A DNA stretch of 64,000 nucleotides from Hemiscyllium ocellatum (taxonomy: Eukaryota): contig NC_083431.1 of NCBI RefSeq assembly GCF_020745735.1, positions 8,336,496-8,400,495 of the forward strand, written 5' to 3'. Below the pieces are notes generated by a model. That model did not search any database and was not told the origin of the DNA. It saw nothing but the letters and a program-made list of their open reading frames with translations. This document shows positions 1 to 11,633 of the stretch, in pieces (position 1 is the first letter of the stretch; every line of letters starts with the position of its first letter). The position numbers and the translations under genes were made by a program.

Positions 1-412
1 CAAAAGATTTCACTTTAAAGTTTTTTATATTTAGAACCAACATACATCAAATGTAAACAAATAGACAAAGAATACTTGAAATAAAAAGCTTACTTAAATA
101 TCATATACAACAAAGATGGACCTTACGAAACCACAAACACGTGCATCACTTTCATCTCATTGCACAAAAATAAAGAGTTTGGGCCTCTGGATTGCTACTG
201 CAGTGACACTTCTACTGTGTCACCACCCCTAATTATTGTGCAATGAAACAGGATTAATTATTGACCTTTGAATGCAGTCACCCCTCGGCAGCATAGGTGA
301 TGGAATTTTACATTCAATTTGAGGAAGACAGGAGTTGGGGGTCGAAGGCTATAGTTTAAAAACATAAATCAGGGCAATTATGAAGGCACGAAAATAGAGG
401 TGACTTGGAAAG

Positions 413-830
413 TTAGACTGATGTCAAAAAATGTGGTGCTGGAAAAGCACAGCCAATCACGTAGCATCTGAGGAGCAGGAGAGTTGACTTTGAGCATAAG
501 CCCATCATCAGGAATTTGGGTGGGGGTGTGGTGGGCTTAGAGATAATGGGAGGGCATGGGGCTAGGGCTGGGGAAGGTAGCTTGGAAGGCAATAGGTAGC
601 TGAAGGGGGAGCTGATAGCGATAGGTTGGAGGGGTGGGTGGAGTGGATAAATGGGAAGGAAGATGGACAGGTAGGACAGGTCAAGAGGGCGGTGCTGAGT
701 TGGAGGTTTGGACCTGGGATAAGGTGGGGTGAGGGCAGATGGGGAAACTGGTGAAATTGAGATTGATCCTGTGTGGTTGGACGGTTCCAAGGCGGAAGAT
801 GACATGTTCTTCCTCCAGGCGTAAAGTAGT
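413..830 (-). mobile_element. Penelope-like element 3' remnant (GIY-YIG C-terminus plus terminal repeat with degenerate hammerhead core)
   Basis: Minus-strand frame reads RLEEEHVIFRLGTVQPHRINLNF, matching the GIY-YIG tail EERLIFCHGTLQPQGINVDF at ~62340-62400. It ends in the CTGATGA-TGGGCTTATGCTC-AAAGTC...CCAGCACCACA terminal repeat shared with the 40348 and 51497 elements. Confidence 0.8.
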
Positions 831-1079
831 ATGGGTCGATAGAAATGGAGTGGCAGACAGTAAAGATGATATTTTAGAATATACAGCATACTTACAGTCC
901 AACAAGTAGGAAACATTTCAAGGAATGGACCCACTATCTGTGGTTAACCCGAAAGATTAAAGATTGTATTTAACTTAAAGAAAAAGTGCATAATTGTGCA
1001 AAGATAGGTGGCAAGTCAGCAGATTGCACAAAATATAAAATTGCAATGATCAAAAATAAACTCATTTTTCCTTTCGTTA

Positions 1080-2560
1080 AAGAGAAAGTATCTAAAAATA
1101 TAAAAATAGATAGTAAGAGTTTCTATTAATATTGAAAGAGAAGAGTTAACAAAGTGAGAGTGTTGCTTCTATAGAAAGTCAGACTTAAGAATGAGTAATA
1201 AAAAATGGCAGATGAATTGAACTCTAGTAAATCTTGAAGATATTTTTCATCAATCTTTACTATATAAGATATAAGCAACATCAAAAAGTAGTAACAAATC
1301 AGGAAGTGGAAGGGAGGGAGGAATGCAGGAAAATCAGAATGACCAGATAAGTGATATTGAGTAAACTGCTGGAGCTGGAGGCTGATAAATGCACAGGTCT
1401 CAATGGACTTCATCCTAGGGTCCTCAAGGAAGTGGCCAATGAGACAGTTGATGTATTGGGTTTAATTTTCCAAAACTTCCTTGCTTCCAGGATAGTTCCA
1501 TTGGATTGGAAGATTTATGAATGTAACTGTTTTATTTGAAAAGAGAAAAAGCCACAAAGCAAGAAATTACAGGCACATTAGCTAATGTATAGTGAGCCAC
1601 AGAGATCAGTGCTGGGATCTCAGCTCAATACAACTTATATAATTGACTTGGAAGAAGGCACAGAATGTATGGTTGCCAAATTTTCTGGCAATACACAAGT
1701 ATGAAAGTAAGTTATGAAAAGGAAATAATGATGTTACAAAAAGTTATTGATAGGCTAAGTGCTTGGGCAAATATGTGGTACATGGAGTGTAAAGTGGGAA
1801 AATGTGAAATGTCCAGTTTCACAGGAATAACAAAAAAAAACAGTATATTATCAAACAGTAAGATTGTAGAGTTCTGAGCTGCAGAGGGATATGGGTATCT
1901 TTGTACATGAATCACAAAAGGTTTGTATGTAGGTTCAGCAAGTATTGGAAATAGCTAACACAATGTTATCTTTAATAATGAGGGAAACAGAATATGAAAG
2001 TGAAGAAATTAAATCGAGCACTAGGGAGACAAATCTAGATAATTGTGCACATTATCAGCCACCTTATTTAAGAAAGGTCATTGGAGACGGTTCAGAGAAA
2101 GTTTACCCAAACAATATATGGAATGGGTGGGTTGTCTTAGGAGGAAAAGTTGGACAGACTGGCTTGTATTTGATGTTGTTTAGAGGAGTAAGGATTGAAT
2201 CAAGTCAAACATAAAATCCTGATGGATTTTGACAGTGCAGATGAGGAGTGAATGTTTCCTCTTATGGAATAATCTATAAATGGATGGGGGGACAGTTGTC
2301 ACTGTTTAAAAATCAGGCATCACCCATTTTTTAAAAAAAAAAAGAGATTGGGCAACAAACTTTTCTTTGAGACAATCATGTGTTTTTGGAACTGTCTTCT
2401 TGAACAATTGGTGGAAGCGGAGTCCTTGAATATTTTTAGGGCAGAGGTTGATTGTTTCTTGTTAAGCTAGGGATTGAAAGATCAGCCATAACAATCATGA
2501 ATGATAGACCAGGCTTGAGGGGCTGAATGACCTATTCCTGTTCCTGATTTGTATGCTGCA
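1080..2560 (+). mobile_element. Degraded CR1 LINE ORF2 and 3' end
   Basis: Fragmentary peptides such as KCTGLNGLHPRVLKEVA...PLDWK and DRLSAWANMWYMECKVGKCE resemble the intact CR1 RT at 12569-14182. Many stops and indels. Boundaries approximate. Confidence 0.8.
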
Positions 2561-2816
2561 TCACTTTCTGTGGACATGTGGCACCACAACTTAGCTAGGT
2601 TCACAAAAATCTACATGGCACAGATCCCCCAAAAACTCCTTTACCTTGATTCTTTAATAGACCCGATTAAAAGACTTTTTGACTTTGGTAAATCTAAGTG
2701 TCGTCAAATGGTCCATTTCACAATCCCCGCTATAACCCTGCCTTAAGTTATCTGGCTTCTTTAACTATACTTCACACACACCCCTCTTCATTAATATATC
2801 ATTTCTGTTCTCTTGT

Positions 2817-3130
2817 GGGCGGCATGGTGGCACAGTGGTTAGCACTGCTGCCTCACAGCGCCTGAGACCCGGGTTCAATTCTCAACTCAGGCGACTGACT
2901 GTGTGGAGTTTGCACGTTCTCCCCGTGTCTGCGTGGGTTTCCTCCGGGTGCTCCGGTTTCCTCCCACAGTCCAAAGACGTGCAGGTCAGATGAATTGGCC
3001 ATGCTAAATTGCCCGTAGTGTTAGGTCAGGGGTAAATGTAGGGGTATGGGTGGGTTGCGCTTCGGCAGGTCGGTGTGGACTTGTTGGGCCGAAGGGCCTG
3101 TTTCCACACTGTAAGTAATCTAATCTAATC
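2817..3130 (+). mobile_element. HE1-type V-SINE (tRNA-derived)
   Basis: tRNA-like head (TGGCACAGTGG...GGTTCAATT), V-domain TGTGTGGAGTTTGCACGTTCTCCCCGTGTCTGCGTGGGTTTCCTCCGGGTGCTCCGG, CR1-like tail GGGCCGAAGGGCCTGT and (TAATC)n end. Confidence 0.9.
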
Positions 3131-4811
3131 TTATCTGTTGCACCTCTCTTTGTATTTGACCACACAACTTTCAGTTTTAACTTACTTTCTACAAGGGTCA
3201 CCAGGTCACATAGATGTGTTTATTTTTAAATAATATCCATGAAAATTACAATTGATCCCAATTCCTAAATATCCTTTAAAATATCCTATAAAATAATCAT
3301 AAATTCCAAAAACCTTCAAAAGTAATTACAAATTTTCTTTTCAATATTGTTTCTGGGTCAAAAGGTTGTCACAACATGCCATCAAAAGTCTTGTTTAACC
3401 TATTATCATATATGTTTATCCACATTGTAAATTGCTTGGTTAACATTTCCATTCAATTATGCCATGTCAACTGTCACAATGTAATTGTAGGCTGTGGCCA
3501 CTAGGTGACTCTACATTTTCTCTAACAATTCTATCACCATCAGCTTGCTGTGGGCAGTTTAAGAGATCCATAAATTACGACAGTGAAATCAACTTTTTAT
3601 TTACTCAATCATGGGACGTGGGTGAGATTGTCTCGGCCAGTATCTATTAGTCACCCGAGGTTACCGTCAAGTTGGCAAGCTGCCTATCATTACTTGTTGC
3701 AGACATATTACCACAGCTACTTTAGTCTTGTATGTCACTGCTCTCTTCAGACAAACTGCAGGTTTGGAAGGGCACATCTAATAGTTCCACTACCTGCTAT
3801 GAGATAAAGAGTTAATTTGTTCTGCTGACCTGCAGGAATTGAATGTTCCAAGGCGAGGGTGGTATATCTCGGTCTTACAGGTAGAACGTAAGGAATTTAC
3901 ATTCCTATCCCTTGCCATTTAGAGCTATTTGCATGGCCATTTCCTAGCTACTCAAAGTAAAAGAATTACATTATCATCTCCTATTCAGAAATCAATATGA
4001 ACACAGCAGTTAGAATTCTGGCTACTCCATGCAGTTAAAAAATGCTTCACGACAGATTTGGCCATTAAGGGATGATTTATATTACATGTTTCTGGAGATG
4101 ATCAGGTCACTGCATTGTCTCGAGTGGCATGTGAGTGTGGGAGGATGGCTGGGGGCTGCCTTGTGGGCATTATTGATGTGATGTAAAGATTTTGTATAAA
4201 GTAAGGACTGTTATTTTTTGGTCAGTGAGATCTTTGACACGGCTCTGCAAGTCCTGCAAATTGTGTTAAAGGTTGCTCCAGAAAGGTTGTACTGTATTGT
4301 GCTTAATAAACCGTGGCTGTTCACAGAAGTTGGCGTGTTGCAGTTGCATCAAGTGTGTAAGAATCTCAAGAAAAAGAATGTAACAGCTATGTTCAACAAC
4401 TCAAATGACCAGAAGACACAAATTTCACATGCTCAACATGACATTTTTTTGACTCAAGCAACTTAATGACAATAATGCCTTCATTACATTCCCTACCACA
4501 AGCAACAAAAATAAATTGAGGACAGCATAGGGCAACCAGCAAATGCACTGACAACTAGTCTGAGTGTAAAAACTGAAACAAATATATGTTAGGTATGATC
4601 TTGAAATTATTTAAACTGACCTCGTCCCAGGTCTCAAGGTAATGGTTGTAAACAAGTCCCATTTTCTTGATTTGTGAGCTTATCTCAAAGCTGTCAAATG
4701 AATTTCGACTTTCAAATCCCACCTTTGTTATTACCCCCTGGATTTCAGATATATATCTAACTTGACAAGCCTACAGGGCACAAATAAACACTTTTACAGC
4801 CAGGATCTTAC

Positions 4812-5696
4812 CTGTGGTGTGAGTACAATCTGTAACGGGGCATCAGGAGCCACAATGAAAAGCCTCATAAGCTGGGCGTAGTGAGGCTTAAGGCCTCGGC
4901 CTTGAGATGGAGACAGGATGTACAAGGGCATGTCAGAGGAGAGGGCTTTGATGGCAGACTCTTTTGGCCCACTCCCCATTACCTTCATAATCTTTTCTGG
5001 CCCTGAGCACATGAATCTGCGACCCCGAGAATCCTCATATTCAAAGCCAACAAACGCCCGTGCGATGTCATCCCTCCGCCTGCCTCGGCCAATCACAGTG
5101 CCAGCCCGTTTGGTTGGCACGGACTTGTTGGGAGCAGGCCAGGAATTACTGTCCATGTCAACTTCATCCTCTGACCTGGTCTTGATGACTATGTCCCAAG
5201 GCATCAGGTAATTCGTTCCAGGAATGAAGCCACTCTGGTCCAGGCCTCTGTGAAAGTTGTAAGCTTTGGAAGGCCCCAGCTTGACGAAGGACCAACTTGA
5301 AAATTTAGGCAAAAGTCCCTTTGGACAGCTAGAATTTAACATGCCAGGCAGATATTCCACTGTGGATACCTGGCGATCCACAAGACTGGGTCTCTTTTCT
5401 GCTTTAGCTTCCCCTCCTTGGCCATGTGCATCTGGATTGTCTCCCCCTGCATGGGGGTCAGGGGGAAACGTACCTAGACTGTCAGTGGATTGTCCAAGAC
5501 TGAGTGCTAGACTGAGACTCGTGCTCTCTCCTTGGGTCTGAGCCTCTTTTTCTTTCATTTTCTCTCCTTCACCCTCTTGCGGGGGCAGTGATGATACATT
5601 TGATTCATTTTTTGCTGGGGCTGGGTCGGGAGTGCTGGGTTGAAAGACAGGAAAGTAGAAGTGCTCGAGCTTCCCACAGCATTTCTCCTCTTGAAG
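4812..5696 (-). CDS. SMG8: SMG8 (nonsense-mediated decay factor, SMG1 complex) coding exon 3
   Basis: 885 nt, acceptor ttgcag|CTT, donor CAG|gtaaga, phase 0/0. Peptide LQEEKCCGKLEHFYFPVFQPSTPDPAPAK...RAFVGFEYEDSRGRRFMCSGP...LMRLFIVAPDAPLQIVLTPQ is recognisably SMG8. Confidence 0.96.
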
Positions 5697-7059
5697 CTGC
5701 AACGGCATTTTACAATAATTAGATGACTTGATTTACAGCTTTCTCAAATTTAGCATTCAAATACATTCTGCTTTCATTCAGATCTCTGTTGCCTGCATCT
5801 TAATTCTCACCACATCTTGTTCACACCATCACTCCTCTAGTGTTGGTCTATGCTGACAATAACAACTTCAAAATTCTTATTTTTTTTTCCAGTCCCTCTA
5901 CGCTGCTCTCCCCTCATGTTTCTGTAACCTCCTCTCACTATACATTGCTCAGAGGCTGCTTGTCTCCAACAGTTCCGACCTATTGCATATCCCCAATTTT
6001 CACCGATGAGTGTCATCAATTGATTAGGCATTATGCTCAAATCCTTCCTGAAATCTTCCCACCCCTCTCTTCTTTCAATATACTCCTTACAATTACGTGG
6101 TTTGACCAAGATTTCCAGCCATCTTAAATTATTGTTATGGGAATAAATGCAACACCATCGCACACTGAAAGTCAATAACGAGATAATGTTGATTAAGAAC
6201 AGAAGAAACTAAGCCATGTGGGTCCTCAATGTTGGTCATTGACATCAACTTCACTTTTGCACTTTATCCCCAATAACTATTAGATATTCATTATATTTAG
6301 GTGGGTGGTATTAATTGGGGATTCATTATGTTCTTTCTTAGGGCTCTTGTGGCACAGTGACAGTGCCCCTATCTCTGAACCAGGTGGCCAAGTTCATGAC
6401 TCACCTGCTCTCGTGATGTGTAATAACATCTCTGTAACAGGTCAATTAAGAACAAAAGCTTTTGTTTTCTCTATTTCAACACAAGTTGACTGAAACTCTA
6501 TCTTATTTCAATACTTTTGTCTTCAGTCAGAACTGACCTTTATTTCTACTTTGGACTAAGAAATTATTCTTCATTAGAAACATTCCTACTCCCTTTACCT
6601 AATGTTCCATAACATCTTTTGGTCTCAATCTTTTCCTGATCCTCTCTTTTGTTCCACTTGCTCACCCCTTTTCTCAAGAGCGTGAAACCCATTGATCATG
6701 TTTCCAACTCTTTTCAGTTCTTATGAACACTCCTTGGACTTGAAATGTTAACTCTGTTTCTCTTGCCATAGATGATGCCAGACCTGCTCAGTTTCTCCAA
6801 CACTTTGATTTGAAGACTGAAATGATGGTTATTGGGTTTGGAGGTACAGGTTTGTTAAATGCTTCTCCTGCAAATAAAAGTTCATGAGCATGCAAGTGTT
6901 AGTCTCCAGTTCTAAATATTAATTATATTTACCTTTCCCAACCTGGTGATGTGGGACAGAAACCATATTCCTCAATTCCCCTTACTGCCTACTCATTCGC
7001 TGATCTCATTCTACTCAACATTCCCCGTTATAACAGCGAAGTACTGAGGACACTTAAAC

Positions 7060-7250
7060 TGATACAGAGAATGTTAGAGAAACTCAGCAAGTCTGGCAGC
7101 ATCTGAGAAGACAGAAAAAGTTAACATTACAGAATTGGAGAAGAGTCATACTGAAAATGAAATATTAGTTGTTTGCTTCTCTCTAGGTACTGCCTGACCT
7201 GCTGAGTTTCTCCAGCATTCGCTGTGTTATTTTCAGCATCCACCGTTCTT
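7060..7250. mobile_element. Degraded palindromic Penelope-type terminal-repeat insert
   Basis: Inverted arms GAGAAACTCAGCAAGTCTGGCAG / CTGCCTGACCTGCTGAGTTTCTC. Same family as fragments near 6720, 9785, 22900, 29150 and 58590. Confidence 0.6.
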
Positions 7251-7654
7251 TAGAAGACGAACTGCAATGATTCACTATAAGAAACTGACTAGCTCCTCCA
7301 AAATGGCGAGCCTCCTATCTTGAGATTATGCCAATAGCTCTGGGTTTTCCAGTCAGGTGAAACAACTCAGTATCTAACCTGTTTCAATTTTTTATATTGT
7401 TGAGAGGTAAAATGATGGCCAAGGACTCTGCTCTAACTTGAAGTCTCTCTGGAGATTTTTAACATTTGCCTACATCCTTCAAGAGGCTGAAGGGGTCGTG
7501 CCACAAAATCTCCGCTGAAGACTGGCAGCTTGGACAACACAGCATTCTCAGTACTGCACCCAAATGTCAGCCAGGACCAAGATGTTATCCTTAGTTTAGT
7601 GGTAGTCGACTCAGTTGTCAGAATTAGAATCAGAATTACTCCCGATCCAGAGTA

Positions 7655-7960
7655 AATAATTCAGGCTGATAGTTCAGTACAAGTTCCGAGTGGATGCTAC
7701 ACTGTCAGTGGTGGGATCTTTCCGAATGACCAATCTGCGCTCTCATGTGAATGAAAAAGCGATTTAGGCAATATTCATCCTTCAACCAACACTATTAGAA
7801 AACAGATTATCTGGTTATTAATTTGTTGCCATTTCTGGCACCTTGCTGTTTGGGAATCAATGTAAAAAAATGAGGCTTCTGTGCTTCCTACATTAGAACA
7901 GTGATCACACATCACCGCTTGCTGTAAATCATTTTTGGATATCCTGAGGTGGTGTAAGTC
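7655..7960 (+). mobile_element. SacSINE1/AmnSINE-like (Deu-domain) SINE remnant
   Basis: Motifs AAACAGATTATCTGGTTATT, CCTACATTAGAACAGTGA and TCCTGAGGTGGTG match the recalled DeuSINE consensus and recur at ~31255, 41480, 43010, 51010 and 62945. Confidence 0.65.
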
Positions 7961-8169
7961 TCTGTTTTATTTTTGTGCTTATTCTACAGAATATAAAGCA
8001 TGTTGCCAGGCTCAAAAAACCAGCCAGAAGAAGCTCTCTTCACTGCCTTCGCTGTAGAGTGTAGGAACTAAGTGATTGAGACAGAAATTGAATGGACACA
8101 GTAATCTCAAAAAATATTTGCCTCCTCATCCTTATATTGGTTTACCAGCTACAGGTATGCTTGCAATAC

Positions 8170-8315
8170 CTGATAGAAATCGTAGTTGCCCGCCTTGATG
8201 TCGAAGGGATCATCTCGAGGGGCTTGCCTGCGGCCACAGTTGCAGGAGCTGGTGGAGCGAGCACGGCTGTTGTGATACAGCACGGGCGGGTTCCTGTCAG
8301 GTTCTGGTTTTTCTC
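8170..8315 (-). CDS. SMG8: SMG8 coding exon 2
   Basis: 146 nt, ttgcag|GA ... CAG|gtattg. Phase 1 start fits the end of exon 1. Peptide (G)EKPEPDRNPPVLYHNSRARSTSSCNCGRRQAPRDDPFDIKAGNYDFYQ. Confidence 0.96.
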
Positions 8316-9272
8316 CTGCAAGACAGGGGCAAACAACACAGACACACACAAAAACAAAGTATAGGGTATTCAAGAATAACTCAACATGCCTTTTTTTTTT
8401 ATAGCATTTCAATCCATCATCAAAAAGGGTGAAAAAGGCATGCACCCAGGCTTGGTTAATGATGACGTGCTACTTGTACATACATTCCACTCGAAAATCT
8501 AAATGACTCAAAAAGATAGTTTCAATAAGACAATTAAACAACTTATAAAAGAGCAGCAACTTAATGTAGGTAAATGTAAATCCCACTCAGCATCAATAAT
8601 ATCCATGCAGCAAGACAGTGCTATAACTGGGAGTGAAGAACTTCATTTAAGCAGATACACGATACAAACTGGAATTGTTCTTACAGCAGAGATAGTTAAG
8701 GGAAGATTCTATTGAGGTGTTCAAGATCTTGAAGAGTTGATAGAATAAACAAGGAGAAACTATTTATGTGTCAACAGCATCAATAACTGGGGTTTGCAGA
8801 TATAAGGTGGTTGGCTATATTGAGGAAACATGTTTCTTTAAACAGAGTTGTTGTGATCTGGAATGTGCTGCCTGAAAAGGCAGTGAAAGCAGATTCAATA
8901 GTATTTAAGGGAATTGGAAAATAAACTGCAGTGTTATTAATTCGAGAACAGACAGAGGATTGGTTAGCTAACAGGAAATAGACAATAGGCATACATTGTA
9001 CAACACTGACAATGAACAGTGTGCCACAGGGATAAATGCCTCAACTAGTTACAAACTCTAATGACATGGATGCAGGGATCAACTATATGGTTGCTAACTT
9101 TACCTATCTTTATGTTATGAAGAGGACATAAACACTCCGCGAAGGAATATAAATAGGATAATTGAGTGCGCAATATTTCAGCAGATAAGGCAATTATTTA
9201 TTCACAGGATGTGGGCGTCACTGGCTAGGCTGGTTCTTATTGCCCATAGGGCAGTTAAGAGTCAACCACGTT

Positions 9273-9536
9273 AGTAAATTTGGAGAAGATTTGTAGCTCA
9301 GGTTGAAGTTCAGGATGTAGGTTTGCTCGCTGAGCTGGAAGGTTCATTTTCAGATGTTTCATCACCATACTAGGTATCATTAGTGAGCCTCTGGTGAAGC
9401 ACTGGTTTTATGACATAAATAGAAAGCAGGTCATAATACCAGTGCTTCACTGGAGGCTCACTGATGATGTTACTTAGTATAGTGATGAAACGTCTGAAAA
9501 CAAACCTTCCAGCTCAGCGAGCAAATTTACATCCAA
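9273..9536. mobile_element. Palindromic Penelope-type insert with hammerhead core, nested in a SINE
   Basis: Inverted arms about a centre near 9420. Plus-strand core TCA-CTGATGA-TGTTACTTAGTATAGTGAT-GAAAC-GTC-TGA (9458-9497). TSD-like TCAACCACGTT (9262-9272) / TCAAACACATT (9537-9547). Confidence 0.75.
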
Positions 9537-9837
9537 TCAAACACATTGTATGGGTATGGGATCACTTGTAGAGCCAGGTAAATGTACATTTCATTCTCGA
9601 AATTTCCTTCTCTTAGAGGACTGTGAGCCTATGAAACTCTTCCACAGAGAAAGGTGAAGGTGAGACCTTTGAATATTTTTAAGGCAAAGGTAGATTGACT
9701 CTCTTATTAGTCAAGAATTTACACATATGGGAGGAGAGTGGAGCTGAAGTCAATGTCAAATCAATGGTAATCTTATGGAGAATCAGAAATTACTGGAAAA
9801 ACTCAGCATCTTGACAGCATATGTGGAGAGAAAGCAG

Positions 9838-9876
9838 AGTTAACGTTTCGGGTCCAGTTGACCCTTCTTCAGAACT
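9838..9876 (-). ncRNA. Minimal type I hammerhead ribozyme motif (Penelope-associated)
   Basis: Minus strand reads AGTT-CTGAAGA-A-GGGTC-AACTG-GACCC-GAAAC-GTT-AACT: intact CUGANGA and GAAA core, 5-bp stem II, 4-bp stem I, palindromic ACGT stem III, GUU cleavage triplet. Confidence 0.7.
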
Positions 9877-10626
9877 GACTGTAGCTAGAAAAGGTATATG
9901 CTCGAGAAGGGGTTGGAGAGGCAGCCGGGAGTAGGGGGATTCTAAATAAAGGTCACTGGACAGCACCTGCTGAGTAATTTCGTGCAACTTCTGATTTTGC
10001 TTAATTTTCAGCATCCACAGCTTTAAAAAAATTAACTATCAGAAGAGCTTGAAGCCTGGTCCTAATTTGTATGCTTGCATTAGTCTAATGAGTTGAATAA
10101 TCTGATCAAAGAAATGGTAGAACACAATGGGCTAAATGAGATCCTTCTCTGCTACATTTCTAGAATTCTAGGAAATGAATGTCTGGCAGTAGGTTTGTGG
10201 TATCACTGTTTGATTTAGGCAGGACTGGACCAAGCATGTTTTCCTTTAAACAGATTCCTGACTTTGATTGATAACTGCTCCTGTGAAGGACCTGGGGATC
10301 TTTTTACAATATTAAAAGATGATTTATAAATGCACGTTGTTGTTAATGCTCACCTTGGGTACCACTGGCATTTTGATTCAAAGCCTCATTCAAAGGAAAC
10401 ATTGCCCTGGACAGCCAGGCTGTATTAGTGGTGCATTATTCGGCCTGTGGGCAACGAGGGGACTATTCCTAGTCTCTCACCAACAAGATAACAATGGCAA
10501 ACATTTGAGAGAGCGCGGATGTAAAAACAAATTGCTGGTGGAGAATCACCTAACTTTAAAGTCCACAGGTAAGCGACTCAGTGTTATAGACTCAGTGTTT
10601 TTGTTTTGGAGACAACGTGTACAGTC

Positions 10627-11598
10627 ATGGCAGCGCAGGCAGTGGAATGTTCCTCCTGCAGGATGTTTGAGGTAGGGGTGACCACCGATACTCCTGCCGA
10701 CTTCGTCTGCAGGAAATGCAGTCAGATCCTGCTCCTCACCGAATGAGTTAGGGAAGTGGAACTGGAGTTGGATGAACTGAGGATTATTCGAGAGGCTGAG
10801 AGGGTGATTGATAGAAGCTACAGGGACATAGTTACACTGGAGAACAGAGGTAGCTGGGTAACAGTTAGAGGTGGGAAGGGGAAGCAGGCAGTGCAGGGTT
10901 CCCCTGTGGTCGTTCCCCTAAACAATAAGTATACAGCTTTGGAAACTGCTGGGGGGGGGGGGGGGGGGGGGGGGAGACAGCCTGCAGGTGTAAGCTGCAG
11001 TGACGGGGGTCTGTGGCATGAGGTCTGGCTCTGAGACTCAGAAGGGAAAGGGGGAGAGGAAGAGAGCGCTAGTTATAGGAGACTCTCTAGTTAGAGGGAC
11101 GGACAGGCCGTTCTGTGGTCATGGGCGAGACTCTCGGATGGTTTGTTGCCTCCCGGGTGCCAGGGTTCGAGACGTCTCGGACCGTGTCTTCAGAATCCTT
11201 AAGGTGGAGGGTGTGCAGCCAGAAGTCGTGGTACACATTGGCACCAACGACATAGGTAGGAAGAGGGTGGGGAGGTCATTCAAGAGCTCAGGGAGTTAGG
11301 CTGGAAGCTAAAAGCTAGGACAGACAGAGTCGTCATCTCTGGGTTGTTGCCGGTGCCACGTGACAGTGAGTCAAGGAATAGGGAGACAGTGCAGTTGAAC
11401 ACGTGGCTGCAAGGATGGTGTAGGAGGAAGGGCTTCGGGTATTTGGACAATTGGACTGCATTCTGGGGAAGGTGGGACCTGTACAAACAGGACGGGTTGC
11501 ACCTGAACCAGAAGGGCACCAATATCCTGGGGGGTAGGTTTGCTAGCAAATTTGGCAGGGGGATGGGATTCAGACTTGTAGTCCAGAAAGTAAGCTAG
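10627..11598 (+). pseudogene. CR1 ORF1 (Zn-finger, coiled coil, SGNH/GDSL esterase), disrupted
   Basis: MAAQAVECSSCRMF...FVCRKCSQI, then LVIGDSLVRG, VVHIGTNDIG and DGLHLN motifs. In-frame TGA at 10744, G24 run at 10951-10974 and frameshifts. Confidence 0.88.
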
Positions 11599-11633
11599 CT
11601 GTTTGTCAGGATGTCCAAGAATGTAGGGAGGCT

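Noticed and set aside
2817-2890. tRNA-like sequence (also at 33070, 42476, 50106)
   Set aside because: SINE heads continuing into the V-domain and LINE tail, not tRNA genes.
1-4811. Final SMG8 exon (expected VQPGPPPCP-like peptide)
   Set aside because: No matching sequence found on the minus strand; it presumably lies left of the window.
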